DNA of 24,923 bases from Clostridia bacterium. Its GTDB lineage: Bacteria; Bacillota; Clostridia; Oscillospirales; Butyricicoccaceae. Numbering within the stretch: position 1 is the stretch's first letter; each line of letters begins with the position of its first letter. Shown here one piece after another: positions 18,193 through 24,923 of this stretch. The DNA is taken from positions 1-24,923 of the forward strand of contig JAFYOK010000190.1 in NCBI GenBank assembly GCA_017560175.1, in the 5' to 3' direction. The translations under genes and the position numbers were made by a program. The notes beneath the pieces were generated by a model. It did not search any database. It saw only the letters and a program-made list of their open reading frames with translations, and was not told the origin of the DNA.

Positions 18193-18262
18193 AGGGCAGA
18201 ACCATAGAATACTTTTCTGTGCTGCGGCACAGAGCAGAAATAGAGATAAGGGTGATTAAGAG

Positions 18263-19108
18263 ATGAAGCGTATCAACGAAGCCATTTCTGAAAAATACCA
18301 GGGCTTTACCAAGGGTCAGCGTACCCTTGCAGCTTACGTTTCCGAGCATTGTGATAAAGCTGCATTTATGAGCTCCTTTGAGCTGGCCGATGCATCGGGT
18401 GTCAGCCAGTCGACCGTCATGCGTTTTGCTGTTGCATTGGGCTATGCCGGTTACGGCGACTTCCAGCAGGCTATGCAGAATGAACTGCAGGGCCGCCTGA
18501 CCACGTTGTCGGGCTTTGAAAAACAGGAAGAAAAATCGGCCGATCGTGACGCATGGGAGCGCGTTGCTGCCACCGATGCTGTAAATATCAAGAAGAATAT
18601 CGATCTGAACGATATGGAGGCCATTCGCAACCTCTGTATGCGTCTGAACTTCAGTTCCAAGATCTACATTTATGGTCAGGGATATGCTTCCATTGCAGCT
18701 CAGTATCTAAGCGCTTATCTGCGTGTCCTGCTGCGCAATGTCTGCGATGTCAACCATACAGCCATTGAGCCGCTGGCTGCCATTGCCGATATCGATGCAG
18801 GTGATCTGCTGCTGCTGATCAGTTTCCCTGTACATACAGACACAACTAAGCGTATGGCTGCTTATGCGCGTCATCGCGGCGCAGGTGTTGCCACCATCAG
18901 CGAGGGTGCACGTTCGGAGATCGCCGATTATGCTGACCTCAATCTGGTTTCGGAATATGGCGATTATGGCCTCAACGGCACAATGGCACCCCTCATTTCG
19001 CTTTGCGGCAGCATCGTAAGTGTACTTGTCCGCGAAGATGAGAAGGCGCAGAAGAAACTTCGCCTGGCAGAAGAAGCAACAGCTTTCCACATGGGTGACC
19101 TGTCATGA
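18263..19108 (+). CDS. MurR/RpiR family transcriptional regulator (HTH plus SIS)
   Basis: ELADASGVSQSTVMRFAVALGYAGYGDF HTH signature; C-terminal SIS-like domain. Confidence 0.9.
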   Translation: MKRINEAISEKYQGFTKGQRTLAAYVSEHCDKAAFMSSFELADASGVSQSTVMRFAVALGYAGYGDFQQAMQNELQGRLTTLSGFEKQEEKSADRDAWERVAATDAVNIKKNIDLNDMEAIRNLCMRLNFSSKIYIYGQGYASIAAQYLSAYLRVLLRNVCDVNHTAIEPLAAIADIDAGDLLLLISFPVHTDTTKRMAAYARHRGAGVATISEGARSEIADYADLNLVSEYGDYGLNGTMAPLISLCGSIVSVLVREDEKAQKKLRLAEEATAFHMGDLS

Positions 19109-20346
19109 GTATTGCGATCATTGGTGCCGGCGCGGCCGGCATGATGGCTGCCATTGCAGCTAAAGATGCAGGTGCGGGAGAAGTTTTCATCCTTGAGCGC
19201 GGTGCAAGACCCGGCTGGAAGATCAATATTACCGGCAAGGGCAGATGTAATGTTACCAACAACTGCGATGTACAGACATTGATCAAAAATGTTCCCGGCA
19301 ATGGACGTTTCCTGTATTCTGCATTTAATCATTTCAATGCAGAAGATACCATGGCTTTTTTTGAGGGACTGAGTGTTCCGCTCAAGACCGAGCGCGGTAA
19401 TCGTGTTTTCCCGGTTTCCGACAATGCCAAGGATATCAGCGGCGCGCTGATCACAGCCATCAAGCGCCGCGGCATCCGGATCATTACCGATCGTGTTACC
19501 GCTATTGAACTGGAAGATGGTGCGGTCTGCGCCGTACGCGGCGAGAAAGGCCGCTATGCCTGCAAGGCAGCCATTTTAGCCACAGGTGGCAAGTCCTATC
19601 CCCGTACAGGCTCGGACGGCAGTGGATACAAGTTGGCGCGTGAGGTTGGACACACAGTAACCAAGCTGCGCGCATCGTTGGTTCCGCTTGAAGCAAAGGG
19701 AAATATTCCGGCTCAGTTGGAGGGTCTTTCTCTTCGCAATATTGCGGTAACCTTGTCTAAGGATGGTAAGCAGATCTACAATGATTTTGGCGAAATGATC
19801 TTCACGCGAAAGGGTGTATCGGGACCGGTCATTCTGAGTTCTTCGGCGCATGTCGCCCGTGATGAACTGTTTCCCTGCAAACTGACCATTGACCTTAAAC
19901 CTGCCTTGGATGAAGTTACACTGGACAAGCGTGTTCTGCGCGATTTTGAAGAGAATCTTAACCGAGATTTTTCCAATGCGCTGAACAAGCTGCTGCCTTC
20001 CAAGATGATCCCCGTTATGGTTCAGCTCTCGGGTATTCCGGCTAATAAGAAGGTCAATGCCATCACCAAACAGGAACGCGCAGCGTTGATCCATCTGATT
20101 AAGCATTTTGAGCTGGAGATCACAGGTACTGCACCCATTGATGAGGCGATCATTACTGCGGGCGGTGTTTCCACCAAGGAGATCGACCCCAAGACCATGG
20201 CTTCCAAGTTGGTCGATGGCCTGTTTTTCGCCGGAGAAGTCATCGATGTTGATGCCTATACCGGTGGTTTCAACCTGCAGATCGCATGGTCGACAGGTGT
20301 ATGTGCCGGACAGTCGGCTGCAGAGAGGATGTATATGTATGAATAA
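19105..20346 (+). CDS. HI0933/YhiN family FAD-dependent oxidoreductase
   Basis: GAGAAG, ITGKGRCNVTN, GRVFP, ATGGKSYP, TAGGV, GEVIDVDAYTGGFNLQIAWSTG. Confidence 0.93.
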   Translation: MSIAIIGAGAAGMMAAIAAKDAGAGEVFILERGARPGWKINITGKGRCNVTNNCDVQTLIKNVPGNGRFLYSAFNHFNAEDTMAFFEGLSVPLKTERGNRVFPVSDNAKDISGALITAIKRRGIRIITDRVTAIELEDGAVCAVRGEKGRYACKAAILATGGKSYPRTGSDGSGYKLAREVGHTVTKLRASLVPLEAKGNIPAQLEGLSLRNIAVTLSKDGKQIYNDFGEMIFTRKGVSGPVILSSSAHVARDELFPCKLTIDLKPALDEVTLDKRVLRDFEENLNRDFSNALNKLLPSKMIPVMVQLSGIPANKKVNAITKQERAALIHLIKHFELEITGTAPIDEAIITAGGVSTKEIDPKTMASKLVDGLFFAGEVIDVDAYTGGFNLQIAWSTGVCAGQSAAERMYMYE

Positions 20347-21028
20347 CACAAATAAGATCAATATTGCCATTGATGGCCCTTCGGGTGCAGGCAAGAGCAC
20401 CATTGCAAAGTTGCTGGCCGCTGATTTTGGCTTTATCTATGTAGATACCGGAGCCATGTATCGCGCTATCGGTCTGTACATTCTTCGTAAAGGTCTGACA
20501 GCAGAGGACAAGCCTGCAATCATCGATTCTCTGAAGGAGATTGAGGTCAATATTGCTTATGTGGATGGTGCACAGCATATTTACCTCAACGGTGAAGATG
20601 TATCGGGTCTCATTCGTACCGAGACCGTTTCTCAGTATGCTTCCAAGGTTTCGGCGATTCCCGAAGTCCGTGCATTCCTGTTGGCTCTTCAGCGAGATCT
20701 GGCAGCTAAAAACAGCGTTATTATGGACGGCCGAGATATTGGTACAGTTATTCTGCCCGATGCAGAGGTCAAGATTTTCCTGACTGCTGCTGACACAGCA
20801 CGTGCTGAGAGACGTTATAAGGAACTCATTGAGAAGGGCCAGGACGTCACAATGGAAAGCGTATTGGAAAATATCCGTCTGCGTGATAAAAACGATTCTG
20901 AGCGTGCTGCAGCGCCACTGAAGCCTGCAGATGATGCCGTATTGGTCGACACCACCGAGCTGGATCTTCAGCAGTCGGTAGAGGCTATGAAATCTATTAT
21001 TGTGGAGAAGATGAAGCATGGTGTATAA
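20339..21028 (+). CDS. cmk: Cytidylate kinase
   Basis: IAIDGPSGAGKST, VDTGAMYR, MDGRDIGTV, RDKNDSER. Start at ATG 20339, overlapping the upstream gene end. Confidence 0.97.
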   Translation: MNNTNKINIAIDGPSGAGKSTIAKLLAADFGFIYVDTGAMYRAIGLYILRKGLTAEDKPAIIDSLKEIEVNIAYVDGAQHIYLNGEDVSGLIRTETVSQYASKVSAIPEVRAFLLALQRDLAAKNSVIMDGRDIGTVILPDAEVKIFLTAADTARAERRYKELIEKGQDVTMESVLENIRLRDKNDSERAAAPLKPADDAVLVDTTELDLQQSVEAMKSIIVEKMKHGV

Positions 21029-21599
21029 GATCATTTATTGGCTGATCTATGTTCTGGCCAAAATCGTTTATTGGTTCAGATTTGTCGGTTTGGAAAATAT
21101 TCCCCAGGGTGCTGCAATTCTTTGCGGTAACCATACTGCCAATGTAGACTCGGTTCTGGCTATTCTGGCTCTGGGCAGTACAAAGCAGCACGCCGCTATG
21201 GCTAAGGAAGAGCTTTTTAAAATTCCCGGTTTCAACTGGCTGATTCGTCAGTTGGGTGCCTATCCTGTTGCGCGCGGAAACAATGATATTGCAGCGGTTA
21301 AGTTTTCTTTGAAGGTCCTCAAAGATGGCCTCAAGCTGATTATTTTCCCCGAGGGTACTCGTGTTCGTCCCGGCCAGACAGTCGAAGCTAAAGCAGGGGC
21401 GGCAATGTTGGCTGTCAAGACAGGTGCACCTCTTGTGCCTATGCACATTACCCCCGGCAGTAAGTTTTTTGGTGCTACCGTTGTCGTCGGTGAACCTTTT
21501 TATCCGCAGGTTGAAGGCCGTGCGACAGCTGAGGACTATCAGCGTATTACTGCAGAACTGATGGAGCGTATTTGGGCATTGGATCCCAAGAAGAATTAA
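21018..21599 (+). CDS. plsC: 1-acyl-sn-glycerol-3-phosphate acyltransferase
   Basis: NHTANVD (HX4D), MAKEELF, FPEGTR. Confidence 0.92.
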   Translation: MVYKIIYWLIYVLAKIVYWFRFVGLENIPQGAAILCGNHTANVDSVLAILALGSTKQHAAMAKEELFKIPGFNWLIRQLGAYPVARGNNDIAAVKFSLKVLKDGLKLIIFPEGTRVRPGQTVEAKAGAAMLAVKTGAPLVPMHITPGSKFFGATVVVGEPFYPQVEGRATAEDYQRITAELMERIWALDPKKN

Positions 21600-21612
21600 T
21601 AGGGGAGACAAT

Positions 21613-23547
21613 ATGGCGATTACGATTGGTAAAACAGCAGGTTTCTGTTTTGGTGTAAAGCGAGCGGTAGATCTGGCTTTCCGTGAAGGCAGAGAACATC
21701 CCGAAGACAGGATTTATTCAGCCGGTCCGCTCATTCATAACAGTACGGTTCTGGCACAGCTTAAAGAGGGAAATGTTGATCTTCTGGAAGAGGGAGAAGT
21801 TCCTCCTGCAGGCAGTCGTGTCATCATCCGTGCCCATGGCCTGCCCGTGCAGGAGATCCGGCGTCTGGAAGAGGCGGGATGCATCATGATCGATGCAACT
21901 TGTCCTAAGGTTGCGCACATTCACCAGATCGTTGTTGAGGAAGCTGCCAAAGGTCGTCGCATACTGATCATCGGCCATCCGCAGCATCCCGAAGTTAAGG
22001 GCATTGCCTCTCGTTGCAGTGCACCTGTTATTGCTGAAACGGAAAAGGAAATTGATAATTTTATCAAAAACTTTAGCAAGGAAAAGATTTCCGTCGTATG
22101 TCAGACCACTTTCAGCATAAAAAAATACGAGGAGTTTGTAAATAAATTAAAAAACACTTGTAATCAGGTAGTGTTTTTTGATACAATATGTAAGGCGACT
22201 GAGTTTCGGCAGCGCGAAGCTGAAACCTGGGCGTCGCAGTCGGACGGGGTGATCGTGATCGGCGACCCGAAGAGCAGCAATTCCAATCATCTGTATGAGT
22301 TGTGCCACAGATTGTGTGCCAACACCGTTTTTATCGAAACAGCAGAACAGCTGAATACAGAGCAGTTTAGAAATTGCCGTAACATTTTCATCACAGCCGG
22401 AGCGTCCACACCCGATTCGATAATTAAGGAGGTAAACAACAACATGTCTGAAGAAATCAAAAACATCGGCGAGAGCTTCGAAGAACTTCTGGAGCAGTCT
22501 TTCAAAACTTTACATACAGGAGAAAAGGTATCTGGTATCATCACTCAGATCAACGCAACTGATATCCACGTTGACCTGGGCGTAAAGCACGCTGGCTATA
22601 TCCCCACAACAGAGCTGTCTGATGATCCCACATACAGCATTGCCGAGAACATTCACATCGGCGACGAGATCGAAGCCTACGTCATGCGCGTAAACGACGT
22701 TGAAGGCCTGGTCATGCTGTCCAAGAAGCGTCTGGACGCTGTTAAGAACTGGGAGATCCTGGAAGCAGCTTGCGAGAACAAGGAAGTTGTTGAGGGTCTG
22801 ATCGTCGACCAGAACAAGGGCGGCGTCATCGCTAACGTTAAGGGCATCCGCGTCTTCATCCCCGCAAGCCAGACAGGCCTGCCCCGTGAGGCTTCTTTCG
22901 AGTCCATGATGAAGACAACACACAAGATGCGTATCACAGAGATCAACAAGCAGAGAAGACGCGTTGTCGGCTCCATCAAGGCTCTGGCTTCCGAGGTCCG
23001 CAAGGAAGCTGCTGCTAAGGTTTGGGAGACAATCGAAGTCGGCGCTGAGTACACCGGCGTTGTCAAGTCCTTCACAAGCTACGGCGCATTCGTCGATATC
23101 GGCGGTGTTGACGGTATGGTTCACATCTCCGAGCTGTCCTGGAACCGCGTCAAGCATCCTTCCGAGGTTCTGGAAATCGGCCAGGAAGTTTCCGTCTATG
23201 TCATCGCTCTGGACGCTGAGAAGAAGAAGATTTCTCTGGGCTACAGACGTGCACAGGACAATCCCTGGACAAAGTTCGAGACAACCTACAACAAGGGTGA
23301 CGTTGCTAACGTCAAGATCGTCAAGTTCATGCCCTTCGGTGCATTTGCTGAGGTTCTGCCCGGTGTTGACGGTCTGATCCACATTTCCCAGATCTCCGCT
23401 GAGCGCCGCATCGGCAAGGCAGAGGAAGTTCTGGAGATCGGCCAGATGGTCGACGCTATGATCACAGAGATCGATAGCGAGAAGAAGAAGATCTCCCTGA
23501 GCATCAAGGCTCTGCAGGAGCCCGCTCACGAGGAAGACGCTGAGTAA
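21613..23547 (+). CDS. ispH-rpsA: Fused 4-hydroxy-3-methylbut-2-enyl diphosphate reductase / ribosomal protein S1 (IspH-RpsA)
   Basis: IspH Fe-S cysteines in GFCFGV, DATCPKV and DTICKAT, plus AGASTP; then four S1 repeats (e.g. YGAFVDIGGVDGMVHISELSW) in one uninterrupted frame. Confidence 0.97.
   Translation: MAITIGKTAGFCFGVKRAVDLAFREGREHPEDRIYSAGPLIHNSTVLAQLKEGNVDLLEEGEVPPAGSRVIIRAHGLPVQEIRRLEEAGCIMIDATCPKVAHIHQIVVEEAAKGRRILIIGHPQHPEVKGIASRCSAPVIAETEKEIDNFIKNFSKEKISVVCQTTFSIKKYEEFVNKLKNTCNQVVFFDTICKATEFRQREAETWASQSDGVIVIGDPKSSNSNHLYELCHRLCANTVFIETAEQLNTEQFRNCRNIFITAGASTPDSIIKEVNNNMSEEIKNIGESFEELLEQSFKTLHTGEKVSGIITQINATDIHVDLGVKHAGYIPTTELSDDPTYSIAENIHIGDEIEAYVMRVNDVEGLVMLSKKRLDAVKNWEILEAACENKEVVEGLIVDQNKGGVIANVKGIRVFIPASQTGLPREASFESMMKTTHKMRITEINKQRRRVVGSIKALASEVRKEAAAKVWETIEVGAEYTGVVKSFTSYGAFVDIGGVDGMVHISELSWNRVKHPSEVLEIGQEVSVYVIALDAEKKKISLGYRRAQDNPWTKFETTYNKGDVANVKIVKFMPFGAFAEVLPGVDGLIHISQISAERRIGKAEEVLEIGQMVDAMITEIDSEKKKISLSIKALQEPAHEEDAE
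22158..22187 (+). promoter_or_regulatory. Putative intragenic sigma-A promoter inside the ispH part
   Basis: TTGTAA (22158-22163), 18 bp spacer, TACAAT (22182-22187) with extended -10 TG (22179-22180); AT-rich UP-like tract at 22136-22156. Confidence 0.55.
22444..23547 (+). CDS. rpsA: Putative stand-alone ribosomal protein S1 (367 aa) from an internal in-frame start
   Basis: AAGGAGGT at 22426-22433, 10 nt A/C spacer, ATG 22444 (Met278 of the fusion); codon bias changes at this point. Confidence 0.7.
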   Translation: MSEEIKNIGESFEELLEQSFKTLHTGEKVSGIITQINATDIHVDLGVKHAGYIPTTELSDDPTYSIAENIHIGDEIEAYVMRVNDVEGLVMLSKKRLDAVKNWEILEAACENKEVVEGLIVDQNKGGVIANVKGIRVFIPASQTGLPREASFESMMKTTHKMRITEINKQRRRVVGSIKALASEVRKEAAAKVWETIEVGAEYTGVVKSFTSYGAFVDIGGVDGMVHISELSWNRVKHPSEVLEIGQEVSVYVIALDAEKKKISLGYRRAQDNPWTKFETTYNKGDVANVKIVKFMPFGAFAEVLPGVDGLIHISQISAERRIGKAEEVLEIGQMVDAMITEIDSEKKKISLSIKALQEPAHEEDAE

Positions 23548-23563
23548 TTTAGCTTGATTTCTC

Positions 23564-23594
23564 AAGTGCCGCCTGGAAACAGGCGGCACTTTTT
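23564..23594 (+). terminator. Intrinsic terminator after rpsA
   Basis: 12 bp stem AAGTGCCGCCTG/CAGGCGGCACTT, GAAA loop, T tract. Confidence 0.92.
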
Positions 23595-23627
23595 CTATGC
23601 GAAGAATATGAAAAAAGCTCCCCAAGT

Positions 23628-23678
23628 TGAACAGGTCCAGTAAAAACGGACAATAGACAAAAAGCCCCCTAATGTAGG
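23628..23678 (+). repeat. IS left inverted repeat (IRL)
   Basis: TGAACAGGTCCAGTAAAAACGGACA matches the reverse complement of the right end at 17 of 25 positions in register; shared AAAAAGCCCCC..GTAGG further in. Confidence 0.85.
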
Positions 23679-23710
23679 AAAATGAAAGTACTACATTAGG
23701 GGGTATTTGC

Positions 23711-24007
23711 ATGTCAGGAAGAAAAGGGATGAAACAATATCCGGAATGGATAAAGCAAGAAGTTATAAAGCGGATAGCCGCAGGAGAGAGTCAGCACCAA
23801 CTTAGTCGGGAGTTCGGAATCAGCAGATACAGTATCCAAAGTTGGTGTGGACTGCGACCGGAAACAAAACTGCGTCAACTTGCACCGCTGCCTAAAGGAC
23901 GCCCAAAGAGCATGAAAACAATTGAGGATTACAAAAAAGAAAACAAAAGACTTCGGATGGAAGTTTCATTAATGCAGAATTTTCTGCAATCCACAGAAAG
24001 GAAGTGA
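23711..24007 (+). CDS. IS3-family transposase OrfA (HTH)
   Basis: YPEWIKQEVIKRIAAGESQHQLSREFGISRYSIQSW HTH-like segment; ENKRLRMEV coiled-coil; RBS AGGGGG. Confidence 0.88.
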   Translation: MSGRKGMKQYPEWIKQEVIKRIAAGESQHQLSREFGISRYSIQSWCGLRPETKLRQLAPLPKGRPKSMKTIEDYKKENKRLRMEVSLMQNFLQSTERK

Positions 24008-24862
24008 GGCCACAGGCAAAGTATGCGGTTATTTATCGTCACCGAGAAGAATATCCCGGATCCGTCATGTGTCGGTTCTTTGGGGTCTCTCGAAGTGGAT
24101 ACTATGATTTTATACATAGATTAGGTCGCTTTGAAAAGGATGCCGTGCTGGCAGAAGAGATTCGTCAGTTGCAGAAAAGCAGCTATGGTACATATGGATA
24201 CCGCAGGATGCAGATGGCATTGGCATCGAAAGGTATCTATCATAACCCCAAAACTGTACTGCGAGTAATGGAAAAAGTATGATCTGCTGTCTGAAATCCG
24301 TCGCCGTAAGAGATGGGTCAATATGGGACAGCAACTGCACCGCTATGAGAACTTGCTCAACAGAGAGTTTCAAGCTGACAGACCAAACCACAAATGGGTA
24401 ACAGACATCTCCGACATACACACAAAACAAGGTGTTCTGTATTTGTCCATGATCCGCGATTTGTATGATAATAGCATTGTTGCTTATAAAACAGGTACAG
24501 AACAAACGGTAAACCTTGTTTTGGATACTATTCGGCTTGCTGTGCGCAGAGAAAAAAAGAGGGTCGCTGCAGAGTTGCAGCTCCACAGCGACCAGGGCTT
24601 TCAATATACTTCACAGGCATATTTTAAGCTAACTCAATCTTATAGGATAACACCGTCCATGTCAAGACGCGGAAACTGCTATGACAACGCCATGGCAGAG
24701 AATTTCTTTTCCATCCTCAAAACAGAGTGCATCTACAGGCACAAACCTGCTTCATTTGATGAAGCTAATGAAATAATCGACCGCTACATTTATTTCTACA
24801 ACCATGAACGCATCCAGTTAAAAACCGGAGTGGCGCCGCTTGCGCTACGCCACTCTGTTTAA
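24004..24862 (+). pseudogene. IS3-family transposase OrfB (DDE integrase core), split by one extra base
   Basis: 24004-24282 (GVSRSGYY, YGYRRM) continues in the +1 frame from 24278 (YDLLSEIRRRK) into WVTDI, HSDQGFQY and DNAMAENFFSILKTE. Confidence 0.88.
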
Positions 24863-24875
24863 AACTTAATATTTA

Positions 24876-24923
24876 CCTACTTGGGGGCTTTTTTGTGCTG
24901 TCCGTACAATCTGGGGCAGTTCA
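24876..24923 (-). repeat. IS right inverted repeat (IRR)
   Basis: Reverse complement reads TGAACTGCCCCAGATTGTACGGACAGCACAAAAAAGCCCCCAAGTAGG. Confidence 0.85.

Larger units (their letters stand above)
23628..24923 (+). mobile_element. IS3-family insertion sequence, 1296 bp, probably defective (orfB frameshift)
   Basis: TG...CA ends with imperfect IRs, HTH orfA, and a -1 frame orfB with DDE motifs. The right end is the last base of the window, so the target duplication cannot be seen. Confidence 0.93.

Noticed and set aside
18216-18233. Hairpin TCTGTGC-TGCG-GCACAGA before rpiR
   Set aside because: No U tract on the plus strand, so not called as a terminator; too short to call as an operator.
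22510-23712. 400 aa minus-strand ORF opposite rpsA
   Set aside because: Shadow of a strongly biased gene; its start would lie inside the IS, crossing a terminator.
1-24923. CRISPR arrays, tRNA/rRNA genes, prophage or defence genes
   Set aside because: No spaced direct repeats, cloverleaf or rRNA signatures were seen, and all large ORFs are explained by housekeeping or IS functions.

Overview
Core chromosomal region of a Clostridia-class Firmicute (inferred from gene content and order). All real genes are on the + strand. Order: 3' part of pcrA; a cytoplasmic serine hydrolase; rplS (with L19 leader)-lepB-rbgA-rnhB-yraN-metallophosphoesterase; tig-clpP-clpX; lon-engB-M50 protease-scpA-scpB-ytfI-ytfJ-dacB-rluB; rpiR-HI0933 flavoprotein-cmk-plsC-ispH/rpsA fusion; and a full-length IS3-family element (23628-24923) with a frameshifted orfB that ends on the last base of the window. 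I found no new multi-gene system, defence island or CRISPR array. The best lead is a hidden expression unit inside the ispH-rpsA fusion. An extended -10 promoter is written into the codons preceding an IspH Fe-S cysteine, a perfect AAGGAGGT Shine-Dalgarno and in-frame ATG sit at the domain junction, and codon bias switches abruptly at that ATG. Together these suggest that stand-alone ribosomal protein S1 is made from within the fused ORF. Second-tier leads are a host flank that mimics the IS subterminal motif, a structured tig leader, and several palindromes over housekeeping promoters. All calls come from reading motifs by eye; no database search was run.
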